NCBI GenBank assembly: GCA_951406725.2
Contig: OX597815.1
Span: forward strand, 75,640,001 to 75,704,000
Length of the DNA: 64,000 bases
Direction of reading: 5' to 3'
DNA from: Octopus vulgaris
Lineage: Eukaryota
The position numbers and the translations under genes are program-made. Positions 46,311-59,749 of this stretch are shown in pieces. Under the pieces are notes generated by a model. The model was not told the origin of the DNA and did not search any database. It was given only the letters and a program-made list of their open reading frames with translations. Position 1 is the first letter of the stretch; each line of letters starts with the position of its first letter.

Positions 46311-46578
46311 AGCCATGCACGCTGACCACTAAGCTATAAGCGAGGGCACATGACATGATGGTTAGCGTGTTGTACTCACGATCTAGCGATCGTGATTTCA
46401 ATTCCTAGTTCGGGTGGTACACAGTGCATCTGTTCAGACAACGTTTGATTTGATGGAAATAGTGAGCTAATGTGTGGCACGAATACTTGAGCACCATAAA
46501 CAAATCATTTGTGCAGGTCGTTAGGCAAAAGCTGAACGCTTATACGTCGTCTTCGGCGGAAGAGTTCATTATTATTAA

Positions 46579-46645
<67 letters not shown>

Positions 46646-46820
46646 ATTATTAAGACTGCAAGCCGTTACGTTCTGAGTTCATGTTCCGTCGAGAACGTTT
46701 CGGCCTTTCAGCCTTTCGGGATCGATGAAATAAGTATCGGTTGATCATTGGGGTTGATGTAATCGACTATCTCTCTGTCCCTAAATTTCAGACATTATGC
46801 CTATGCTAGAAAAGATAACA

Positions 46821-46894
<74 letters not shown>

Positions 46895-46912
46895 CATTAT
46901 TATTATTATTAT

Positions 46913-46982
<70 letters not shown>

Positions 46983-48944
46983 TCGTTGTCTTCAGCAGCA
47001 GCATCGACGTTACGGTTGGTACTGTGATGTGAAAGTGGTATGATACTTTCAGCAATGCTAGTTTGCAAATACCTTTATGATTCCCAATTAACAAAATTGC
47101 TTTAGTTTTTTTTTTACTTATCATTAACCTTTTTTACTTCAATGCCCTCGGGAGAGACATGCGCATCGCAACGTTTCCATTATTTCGTTCCTCCATCTTC
47201 ACGACGACATATGTTTTGTTAAAACTCTGTGTATTTATATAATGTATGTATGTATACATATTTATGCAGACATACACACAGTATGTATGTACACACACAC
47301 AGTATATATGTACACACACGCACACATACACATATAAATACATATATAATTTGAGACGCCATGACTACATAAAAAATCAGTATTAAAAAGAAAAGAAGTG
47401 TTTCCAATTTCCTTTGTTTCTTTTCATTTGTTCATTTTCTTTCCCGTTCATCCTCTTTGACTTTTTGAGATGTAAAATAAAGAGAACCAAGACTGTTTAA
47501 AAGAGAAGATAAAAAAGAACAAACTGTCTTTCTGTCTAATGTAATGATGTACAGCAAATGTTACAGCTTCTTCGTATTTAAAATATCAAAAACAAAATCA
47601 AGATGTCTTTCTTTACATACCAACATTCACCCATCCCTACCAAAGAAAAAAATATCTAAAAAAAAAACATACTACACTCAAAGATAGAAATTTCAAAGGA
47701 TTTTTTATTTTTCAAATTTTTTTAATGCTTTTTTTTTTTGTCGGTTCTCAAATTTTATATTGGTTAAACTGGGTGTTTTCTTAAACCGAAATTGATTGAT
47801 AAAAGATACGAAACTAAAGGTGGGACATGAATTGTTTTAAAGACGAAATATATAAAATGTTTTGATTAATTCGGATATAATTTCAGTTTTTATTTTTAAT
47901 ATTAAAAAAAAAATTAGCGATATTCGATGCGATTTCAAAATCGAACACTTTAATTTCAAAATAAGTACTGCTTATGTGCGTAAATTCGGTAATATTCCTG
48001 AAAATTAACATCTACTCGTTTAATACAGATTTAAGTCAAAAGCGGTTAGGTATTTAATATTAAAAACTGTTGAGTGGGTGCAAGGGCTGCTGTTGTTGTT
48101 GTTTTTTTTCTCTGAGAAAGAAGTGTTAGAGAAAGACCGAATGATAGAAGTCTGAATAAACTAGCGAACGAGGAAGTTATTAACGCAGAAATAGCGTAAT
48201 GACTGATATATTGAATAACGTCGTCCTAGATACACTACAGCCGAAAGAATAAGACGAGATGGTCATTGCTAGAGCGTCTTATTCAATGGCTGATCTAGGA
48301 ATGAAAAAAAAATATAAAATTTCTGTTTCAGATTTTGAAATGTTTGCAACTTTTTTCTCTGATTTCGGTCTATGAAAAACATCTCAGACTATTATTAAAA
48401 TTTTTTTAATCAATTTGAAATTTTGAACAAAAAAAATTGTTTTGTAATGAAAAACTGTAAAAACTAGAAAAAAAATGAGAAGAAATTGCTGTATTTGTAG
48501 CAAATTAAATCTTTTATACAATGATTGTATTTCTGGTTGCATGTTACAAACGAAAAGGTTCCCATAATAACCTTTTTTAATCACACTATGATGTGTAAGG
48601 AATGACAATTTCAGGTAATACTTAATGTTTTTGTTTATATCTATCCTCGTTCATCACGGGTATTGGTTCTAAAATGAAGCACCATGTTAAATGAATCAGT
48701 GATAAATGACTGAAAATAATAGCCGAAATCCCCAGGTTGTCCAGAGCATTGCCAATAGTCGCTGGGGTGCGCTTTTGCTGTCCAAGCAGAATCTTTGACT
48801 GATTGCCTAACCGTGTTGTTACAGATCAACTCGTGATAAGTATAACACGTTTCGCAATTGAGCGTACCACGTTATTTGGATAATGTGATGAATGAATCAG
48901 TGATAGACGAGAGTAGATGTATTAAATTATTATTATTATTATTA

Positions 48945-49020
<76 letters not shown>

Positions 49021-49594
49021 TATCATCATTTATAAGGAGTGTGCATTATCAGAAACGTTGAGCGCCGAACAAAATGTTATACAGTATTACATTTAAAATT
49101 TTCTTTCCTGAGTTCAAAACACTCCAAGGTCCACTTTGCCTTTCATCCTTCCGTGGGTCGATAAAATAAGTACCAGACATACACTGGAGTCGGTTACATC
49201 GACTATACACCACCTCAACAAATCTGTGGCCTTGTGCCAGTTATTATTTATTAATATTAATTTTTTTATTGTTGTTTTTTTTTAACGTATTGGCAACAGC
49301 ACCAAATTGAAGAAAGGAAACTAAGAAAAAGCTGACAAAGAATCCATTTTGAATATATTCCTTCATATAAATACATCCATAAATAGATACATGCACACAC
49401 ATATACACACGCACAAATACATATGAGGAAAAGATTGCAGTGGACTTCGAAGTTATAGCACAGTTGACGTCGTCAGACTGTTCCAAAGGGTAACCAAAAC
49501 AAAACTTTAAAGTTACTATCAACATTTTCCTTGAAAAAAAGATTCAGTAAATGCGATACCCAAATGCGTTGAGTCATCATTTAATTTAATGTTT

Positions 49595-49639
<45 letters not shown>

Positions 49640-49791
49640 AACTATACATAAAGACAAACATTAGTGAATATACATATACATGTAATATACATACAATACA
49701 TAATATTATGTATATATAATATGAATATGCATGTATATATATATATGAATATATATATATATATGACTATGTATATGAATATGCATATATA

Positions 49792-49873
<82 letters not shown>

Positions 49874-49939
49874 AATATATATATATGAATATATTTGAAT
49901 ATGTATGAATATATATTTGAATATATATGAATATATATG

Positions 49940-50009
<70 letters not shown>

Positions 50010-50143
50010 CATATGAAAATATATATATGTATATATATATATATATGAATATATATATGTATATATGTGTATATATATGAATGTATATATATATGAATAT
50101 ATATATATATGTGTGTGTGTGTATATATATGAATGTATATATA

Positions 50144-50186
<43 letters not shown>

Positions 50187-50270
50187 GTGTATATATATGA
50201 ATATATATGTATATATATGTGTATATATATACGAATATATATATATATGTGTATATATATATGCTAATAT

Positions 50271-50332
<62 letters not shown>

Positions 50333-50697
50333 TTATATATAATATAAATATACATCATAAGCTGACCATATAAACAAATAAGAAAAAAACAAAAAATGAA
50401 AATTGGCATTTTGAATTACACACACTGTCTGTCATATAAACATATTCAGAGTTGTAATATAGATTTGATTGGTCCATTCGGTCCGTTTGTGCAAAATAAA
50501 TTATGAATCTTACAAAATTCGAGTTGTTGTTCTTGTTGTTCTTTTTGTTTGAAGCATGGTTTTGTGGTTAAGAAGCTCGATTTGCAGCCACGTGATTTCG
50601 AGTTCAGTCCCACTGCTCGGCATCTTCAATAAATGTCTTATGAGTGGATTTGGCCGATGGAAACAGTAAAGAAACTCATCATGTATGTATGTGTGTA

Positions 50698-51303
50698 GAC
50701 AACAAACAGATGTATTAGTTTAACTCTCGGGAAGTGTCTGCATGTGTAGGCGTGTGGGTGATGGTGTGGGTGCTAGGAAGTGGTCAGTGCTAGTGTGTGC
50801 GTGATGGTGTGATGTGATGTGGTGTTGTGTGGTATGGTGGTGTTGGGATGTGAGGAAGGCGAGATTCCGGAAGGCAAGGGTGGGGTGGGATTAGGCTGAG
50901 GGTGGGGGTATAGATAGGGTATGTGGGAGTGGGTGTAAGGGGTGGGGTTGGGTAGGATGGGATGGATAGGGAAGGTGGGGCTGGATTGTGTAGAGGTGGG
51001 TTACAAGGGAAGGGTGACGATGAAGGGAGAAGGGAAGGGAGAAGATGGGTAGAAGTGAAGAGAAGAGATAAGGAGGGTAGGAGTGAAGAGAAGAAGTAGG
51101 AGTCGGAGCAAGAGAGGAGAGTTGGGTGGGAGGAAGTAGGTGTGAGAGGAAGACAGGATAGGGGAGGATGGTTTGATGAAGAGGGGAGGAGGGTTAGATA
51201 AAGAGAGGAGGAGAGTTGAGTCCATAGGACGTAAAGTAGCGAAGACAGAAGATTAATCTTTGTTCACGGCGAAGACGGGAGTCCGAATGGCCCAGTGCAA
51301 GGA
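50698..51303 (-). mobile_element. Diverged, internally deleted 3' end of the Neptune-like PLE family
   Basis: LALGHSDSRLRREQRLIFCLRYFTSYGLNSPPLFI* matches the C terminus of the 58000-63652 element; same C/T-rich tail; actaatacatctgtttgtt resembles its pLTR end. Confidence 0.85.
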
Positions 51304-51540
51304 CAATCCCTTCATCAAATCGAAATTCCCCGTACAGATGCACAAGTGTACCACACCTCAGATGTTGAAAATTATCGCGGAAAAACGTGAAATGAAGAGT
51401 TTTGCTCAAGAACACAGCGCGCTGGGAATCGGACCCACGATCTAGTGACTGTGAGTGCAACACCTTTACCACTCGGTCACGCATCTTCACACCCACACAC
51501 ACACACACATGCAGACACACACACACACATCCATACATAT

Positions 51541-51581
<41 letters not shown>

Positions 51582-51854
51582 CACACACACACGCAAGTGG
51601 CCAACATGGGAATAAAAACATTCAAAATTAATAATTATTATTAAAATAATAATTTAGGATATCTAAGAGATACCACCACGCTGGAAATACCAGCCAAACC
51701 TTGACTCTAAAACCACACTAACAGGAGAGAAGACAAAAGGACAAAATAAACTAGCAAAAAATTACTGGATAATTCCAGATCCCGGATTTCTGACTCTGCA
51801 TAAGAAATGCTTTGGCCCATCAGTGGAATATACACAGATAGTAATATAAATACA

Positions 51855-51908
<54 letters not shown>

Positions 51909-53044
51909 GGTGGATTAATAGCAATTTAACAACCTAAACGCAAATTCATAGATGTCACTAAAGTGACAGCGAGTACAAAGTGGTACTGTTATTGCTAGAA
52001 ATAAGAATCAAAACGACTCATTAGCCACCAGAGCACTATCTTAATAAGGTGACAAAGGAGACAAAACTCCCTACGATCGCAGACATAGCCATATCACTAG
52101 TGATTTCGAATTTTTATGCAGAGCATCTTAATTCTCATCAGTGACTCTTACTGCGCCTAGGGTTAAGCTCAACAATATATATATATATACACATATATAT
52201 ATCCATGTGTGTGTGTGTGTGGGCGTGTGTATGTGTGTAGATATGTACGAGTCAGATGTATGCATTTTTCTTTCAGTTTTATTTAAGTTCTTAAGAGTTT
52301 TATTCAAGTTCAAGCCGACCGCTAACAACGCGACTTTTGGGTAAGGACGGTTCCCAGTGTTTGTAAATATTAGGTTGGACTGGTGTGTTGGTTGAGCTGT
52401 CGATGCACAGACCCAAGTGTGTGCATCTATTTACTTAAAGACTCTCAGATGGAGAATCTTTAGAATGTCTTACAAATCCTCACTGCACCACTATTTCTCA
52501 ATCCGCGTCAGTTTCTTTTGCTCTTTCTTCGAAAAATCTAGTATTTCTAGGTTTTTGTGTAAAGTTGTTGGTATACTACCTAATATAAAAGTTCCGCGTT
52601 AATTCACCATAAATATTCTTTTCTTTTTCCTGGACTTTTTACTTTACATTACAGCTTGGCCACTTACTCCACAACAGTGCACGACTTTCGATGTTGTTCC
52701 CACAGAACAAAATAAGATCTATTATGTTTGCACTGAATTAGTTTTTATTAGTGTTCCACTAGCATTCCTTGTATGTATGTATGTATGTATGTATGTATGT
52801 ATGTATGTATGTATGTATGTATGTATGTATGTATGTATGTATGTATGTATGTATGTATGTATGTATGTATGTATGTATGCGTGAATGAATGCATGCATGT
52901 ATGTATGTATAGCCATTAAGGGGTCAGTTTACATTTATAATTCTTAGTTTACATTTTTATGCGTGTCAAACGTGTCACTACTCAATTGTTCTGTTATTTC
53001 TACTTTACTGGGTCAATACATTCATTAATTAATAATTGCAACTG

Positions 53045-53152
<108 letters not shown>

Positions 53153-54387
53153 GTGTGTGTGTGTACTGAAACGTATAAAAGGCGGTAGGCCGGCAGAATC
53201 GTAAGCGCATCGAATAAAATACCTTTCTTCTGGCTCTTTACGTTCTGAATTCAAATCCCGCCGTGGTTAAATTTACCTTTCATCCCTGTCGGGGTCGAAA
53301 ATAAAGGACAAGCCAAGTACCGCGGTCGATATAATTATCTTGTCTCTTCTCCACAAAATTGCTAACCTTGAACCCTGCCTCGGACTGGCATCCTGTTGAG
53401 GACAAATGTTCTCTGTCCCTTACATACGCCATGGAAGCTGGGTAACCAGCCTTATGTGTCCTAGGACTCGAAAAAAAAGCTGTATTTTATATTTTCTTTA
53501 ATGAACTGAGTTTCAATTCCGCCTTTCATCCGTTCGGGGTCAATAAAATAAGTACCAGTTGATCCATGGTGGGTGGTGGCGATGTAATCACGAAGTTCTA
53601 GGTTTCAACCACGAGGTTCTAGGTTCGATTCCACTGCATGACAGCTTGGACAACTGTCATTTTCTATACTCTTGAGTCGACCTATATATTGGTTTCAAAT
53701 TTTGGCACAAGGCCAGCAATCTTGGAACAGGGTGTAAGTCGATTACGTCGACTCCAGGGTGAAAGGCAAAGTCGACCTCGGGGAATTTGAATTCAGAATG
53801 TTAAGATAAATGAGATGTTGTTATGCACTTTGTCTGGCTTGCAAACGATTCTGCCAGCTCGCCGCCTTCAGTTGACCTATACATTGTGAGTGAAGCGAGG
53901 ATTCTATATAAAAAACCTGCTTGGTGGATTCAAAAGGTACAGTCTTGTTATACATTTTGCCATACTGATTTTACCTGTGAATTACATAAACGGTATACAT
54001 ATCTATGGAATACTCAGCCACTTAAAAGGTAATTCTTGAGCAGGTAACTGAATCCTCATCTGTGTGTGCGCGTATATGTGTGCGTGTGCGTATAGGTTTG
54101 TGTGTGTACATGTGTGCATATGTGTGCGCATATATATGTGTGTGCATGAATGTGTGAGCGTGTGTGTGTGCTTGTGTCATGTGTGTCGTTTGCGTGCGTG
54201 TGTGTGTAGCCAATTATTATCTGGTCCCGCCAGCTGCAACTAGTGTTGTTTCAGGCTAGAAACAATGAGAGTACCAAGTAGTAGCAGCAGTGTAAAACTG
54301 GAGAGCATCTTATTAACATAATATAGAAAACCAATGTATTTTAATATATTAACATGGAGTGAAAATTTGAAAACCAATATCTGAATA

Positions 54388-54674
54388 CAGTAATCCCTTG
54401 CCATCTCGCGGTTCACCTATCGCGGTTTATTATTTAAGCATAAATCGATTCTTTTGCAATTATAAAAAATATGCAAATTATAAAAACAAAAAATATATAT
54501 ACAGTAGAAATAGTACTCTACTATATATATTTTTTTGCTTTTATAATTTGTATATATTTATTTTATAAATGCAAAACAATACAACAGAAGAATCGATTTA
54601 AGCTTAAATAATAAACCGCGATAGGTGAACCGCGATAGGTGAACGTAACACCCGCGATAAACGAGGGATTACTG
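54388..54674. mobile_element. Tc1/pogo (Tigger-like) MITE
   Basis: TA|cagtaatccct..agggattactg|TA, with long subterminal inverted repeats tcgcggttcacctatcgcggtttattatttaagc / gcttaaataataaaccgcgataggtgaaccgcga. Confidence 0.85.
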
Positions 54675-54963
54675 TAACTAACTTATGTTTAAAAGTAGGG
54701 GAGACAACTACGGAGTAAAGTATGTTAGCGCTTAATTTAATGTTTGTTTTTCTGAGATATTCCAAGATATTCCGCTTCGCAGTTCTTTTATTTGTTTGTT
54801 TTGTTTTGGGGTTATTTTTTTCGGTTTTTTTTTTTTTAAGATCCATTTGTTAACTTCATGATTAAAGTTTAAGTTCTCCTGTAGCTATAGACTGAAAAAT
54901 GATGCACCTCGGTATTCACATATGAATTAATATAATATATGCATACATGTATACACACGTACG

Positions 54964-55022
<59 letters not shown>

Positions 55023-55247
55023 CCACACAGCCACATCATCTTTTACTTGTTTTAGTCATTGGAATGTATCCCTGCAGGGGCACCGTCTGGAAGGGTTTAG
55101 TTGAACAAATTGACCCCAGTACATATTTTCTTGGCTCTTATTCTATCAGTCTCTATTTACCGAACCTCTAACTTACAGTGACGTAAAGAAACCACCACCG
55201 GTTGCCAAGCAGTGTGGTAGAATAAATACACACATACACACATAAAC

Positions 55248-55278
<31 letters not shown>

Positions 55279-56148
55279 TGTATGTATGTATGTATGTATG
55301 TACGTATGTATTGGTGCAGCCAGGCTTACGCAGACATAAACATATGAACATATTTGCATGTTTGTGTATAGAGGGAGGGGGTCTTCAGTGATGTTATTAA
55401 CCATTCAAGTGTCATAAAACACAAGCAGACAGGGTTAAATGCGAGCCAACGATACTCCCTCTAATAAGTTCGTTCGTTCAGCCTTCTATAGAAATAGCAA
55501 CTAATTCGCCCTCAAATATCCCCTAAAAGGTGCAAGATGTTTCGGATACATAATCTTTAGGAAAAAAAAAGATGATCACAACTGAAACGCTTTTCCTCTT
55601 ATGCCTACTGAATCAGGGCTGACCTGAATAAAACGGCAGTTTCATCAAGATTTTATACAATAGCCAAGTTGCTATATTTTCTATATCACTTCGTAATCAA
55701 CAGAACACGTTCATGTACGAATTGGCCTATTAATGTCAAACAGCGACGAAAATAGCTGTGACATTGAATGGTTGTTGGGTGTTAGCTGTGTAAAGGAAAT
55801 ACTTCCAAACAAGAAATGAAACCATACCGCCAAAACCTAACAAACTTTTAACGTCTTCAAAGCTTGCTACTTTCCTCTTTACTTGAGATTGTGACCATCA
55901 TGAAGCACCGTTTTTATTGTTTTTTTCTTTTATTATTCTTTGTTGATTTTGTTAACTAGTTGCAATTCCTTCTTTATACTGGATACTGGTGGGCGGAATA
56001 AGGTTTTTTCACTCAACTAGCGTTTACTACTGGTACTTATTTTACAATCTTTACTGATTTAAGTAAATGATAATCGACTCCAGTCTGGCGATGTTAAAAG
56101 CAAGAGGAGTAAGATATCGAATTAAGTGCTTCCAAGTATATACACTTA

Positions 56149-56666
56149 CTAGCAGAAATACCTGGCGTTGCCCGGGTTAAACAAAATAATGAAATTTAAA
56201 AACGCTGTCTAGGTTACGCAGGTCTCAACTGCTAGTGGCTGAGATACCAACCTTCTACATTAATAACTCTCCAACCTATGCCAGCATGGAACATAGACGT
56301 TAAGTGAAATATTAAAAGAAAGTTTTCAACTTATATATGTATATAAAGTAAATACACGTAATTCAAAAGCACGTTTTATGCAGCTTATTTCAGAACCAAA
56401 ACACAGGTACGGATTATAAACAATGAAAAGCCGATTTTGGTGCTCCATTTGACAGAGGTAGTAGAGAACCAATCCGATGATAAATCTGACCTTGGATCTT
56501 GAAAGTTTGCATGAATCCTGGCTCTAAATGATGTCATCTGTAGTGCAGCGTTGTATTGTCTAATTTTGTTTTGGAAGTACTTGGAACATTGGCCAGTTGA
56601 TGACAATAATTTCTTCAATGGCTCTGGAGGTTGGGAGATTTCATGGAGTTTAAACCTTTCTAGCAC
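56149..56666 (-). mobile_element. Helitron remnant: RepHel fragment plus 3' terminus
   Basis: PPEPLKKLL..SKYFQNKIRQYNAALQMTSF, then after a frameshift FMQTFKIQGQIYHRIGSLLP; 3' hairpin cccgggcaacgccagg (56176-56161) followed by CTAG|t. Confidence 0.85.
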
Positions 56667-57125
56667 TGTGATCCCAACGCTCTAACCATCGAGCCATGCG
56701 CCTTCACATGCACTTATATGCCATAGAAACCATCTTAAGCTCCGATCATTTGAGTCCACGGGTTCGTAATAGGCCTTAAGAAGAATAGTTCGGTGGTGGG
56801 TTATTTGGAGTAGATTCCAGTGTTCCCATGCAATAACGAAATAATGCCCGACTTTGCGGTTAAGGTCTGATGCGACAAAAAAGTACTGGGATTTTAGTTA
56901 ATAATGCCTTGGACAGACGAAATGGAATGAGTACATTAAAGATATTAAGGAATGTTTTGAAGTCTTAGGATGGCAATGTACAGTGGTTCCGGTAGCAGGG
57001 CGATATCAGGGACTTATATTTGGTTCCCCTGCATCCTAACTGACCAATGCCTTGCGAATGAATTCGGTAGACGAAATCTGGAAGAATCCCTTCATATATT
57101 TCGCGCGTGTGTGTGTGTGTGTGTG

Positions 57126-57189
<64 letters not shown>

Positions 57190-57661
57190 AGTAGGTGAAT
57201 GAATTATCCAAGCATGGAAAATTCGTTTAACGGATACCTGGGTAGCAAATTCACGTCAGAAAACATGGTTGAAGCGACACAAATGCAGTTATATACACAC
57301 ACTCATACACATACACAAAAACTCGCACTCATTACCACAAGCACACACCCGCACATCCCCATACATACAGCATACATAGTGTCCCCTACCTATTTTAATA
57401 CTTCCTCCTTCTACCCATTTTTGACGTCATTGCTTATAACGGATTATTTAAAAAAAACACTCATTATCACTGACGTCACCATGTAGGCAATCATCAAAAA
57501 CTTTTGTTCGTCTTGTGGCTGAAAGAGGCTCCTTATCTTTCCTGATGAGAAGATGGCATAATGCACCCTTTATTCCTTCGGAATTAAAAGTATGCCGTCT
57601 TCGAAACATGTGTCGAGAGTAAAGGAATTTTGTTAAAATCTTCGTTCGACTCCATTCTTTC

Positions 57662-57668
<7 letters not shown>
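57190..57668 (+). mobile_element. Short ORF-less hammerhead-bearing element flanked by (TA)n
   Basis: Left block gaatgaattatcc..catggaaaattc..gggtagcaaa..tgaagcgac and right block atcttcgttc.actccatt are shared with 45483-45835. Confidence 0.7.
57537..57619 (+). ncRNA. Type I hammerhead ribozyme, canonical core
   Basis: Stem I ctttc/gagag; CTGATGA 57542-57548; 12-bp stem II gaagatggcata/tatgccgtcttc; GAAA 57603-57606; short quasi-palindromic stem III; GTC cleavage triplet ending 57614. Confidence 0.88.
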
Positions 57669-57728
<60 letters not shown>

Positions 57729-57955
57729 ATCTCACTCAGATTGCCCACCAATACGACCTCTTTGAAAATCTTACAGTTCTGCTGAATTTTTTGTGTATAG
57801 CATGGTTACTCTTCGCAAATGTTTAATATAATGGCACCTAGAATGCAAAAGAATCATTACAAGGTAAATTCTTCACCGCTGAAAACATATTAAGACGCGT
57901 TGATCAGAAATTTTGAAAATTAAAGGTGTCTATTTACTTCCTCCATGTCTGTGTG

Positions 57956-57999
<44 letters not shown>

Positions 58000-58002
<3 letters not shown>

Positions 58003-59132
58003 TTGCAACACCTATCTGTGTTCGGTTTGTCCTTACACAGAGGCCATCCGGATTCCCGTTTGCGCCGTGAACAGGAATTAATCTTCTCTCTTCGCTCTTA
58101 TACGCCATTTGGTCTCAACTCTCCCCCCCTCCTCATCTAACCTCACCCCCCTCCTCACCTATCCTTTCTCCCCCCGACCCCTACTTCTTCAGTCCTTCAT
58201 CCTTTCACCCCTACTCCCCTTCCCTTCTTCCCTCTTTCTCCCTCCCTCTTCCCCTTCCCTCTGCTCCCTCACTCCCTCTCTCCCCTTCTCTCTCCCCCTC
58301 TCCCTCTTTCCTCCTTCATCCCCCTCATCCCCTTCCTTCTCCCCCATCCTCTCCTCTCCCCCCTTCTCCTCCCCCTCCCCTTCTCTCCCCCTCTTCTCTC
58401 CCTCCCCCTCTTCTCACCCTCCCCCTCTTCTCCTCACTACACCACATGACTTTACACATCACATCACATATGATGTGCCATACTAATACACACACCAACT
58501 AATACCTACTAATACGTACTAATACATACTAGTACATACTAATACTTACACCAACCCTATACATACACACGTCCAGACCCCGCATACGCACTTATACTCT
58601 CTCACACACACACACACACACCTATACATACCAATACGTACTAATACATACTAATACATACTAATACATACACCAACCCCATACATACGCACGTCCAGAC
58701 CAATCTTACGCACTAATACTCTCTCATACACACACACACACACACACACACCCTTATACATACTAATACATACACCAACCCTATACATACACACATCCAG
58801 ACCCCTCCCACGCACTTTTAGCTGGTCCCTCAACCCTTTTATCAACCCTATTATCTCCCCTTATTTCGCTCTCGCGTCTCATGTTTGATCTTTGACCTCT
58901 GGCCGAAATCAGATCGCCATGTTGATTCGTTAGCTACTGCACGCATTTTTTTTTCTCTCCTTCTTTCTGTGTTTTTCTCTCTCTGTGTATCTTTCTGTTG
59001 AAGAGCGTAGGCTCGAAACGTTAAAGACTTGTTTTATTTATATTTCCTGAGCGCCATACTAATACAATTGTTCGTTTGTTTTCCACCTGCCTTCGTCTTT
59101 TGTTTATTTTCATAAAGCTTCCCGTTATATAT
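58000..59132 (+). repeat. 5' pseudo-LTR (~1.13 kb)
   Basis: tccttgcaacacc..cataaagcttcccgttatatat; visible differences from 62518-63652 are mainly homopolymer and microsatellite lengths. Confidence 0.95.
58990..59027 (+). ncRNA. Minimal hammerhead-like motif, A6U core variant
   Basis: tcttt-CTGTTGA-A-gagc(gtag)gctc-GAAA-CGTT-aaaga. Confidence 0.65.
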
Positions 59133-59749
59133 TATGCGCTCACGTGGTCTCACTTTCATCCTATATTCTACCAATACCACTATCAACACTTACCTCTACC
59201 TTGGATTTTCTTTACCTCTTGGATACTTACCATTGGCTGCACCTCTCTTTCGCGGATCAAAGTGACTTTGCATTGATGTGAAATCCTTAAAAAATATACC
59301 ACGACGTCTACACATTTCTCACCTTAAACTTTCAACCTTGAACTTGTTCGCATAAACTGTCCCGTTTGTTGTATTTTTATTTTCTCTTATATTACCACTT
59401 TTTTTACATTCATTTCATGCTTCCCACATTTTCCTGAATTTTTGTTCTCCTTTCCGTCTTTCTTCCCTCTCTGGATGTCCATACTCCGTTTCCTCTGCCT
59501 GCACCCCCCTTTTTTTGCCTCCCCCTCTCTCTGCTTCCCTTCTTTCTTTCCCTTTTCCGTTTGCCCCGTCTTTTCTGCCCCTATCGCTTACTTATCTAGT
59601 TTTTTCATACGATTATTATTTTTTTTGTTTTTTTGAACGTTTGTTTTTTCCCCTTTTTTCGCTATCCTTTTTTTCTATTTTTTTCATACGATAATTTTTG
59701 TTTTTTGTTTTTTTTGTTTTTTCGAACGTTTTTTTTCCGCTATCCCATC

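Noticed and set aside
59076-59749. Phe-rich upstream ORFs or an intron in the PLE 5' region
   Set aside because: T-rich low complexity explains the ORFs; no convincing splice pair identified.
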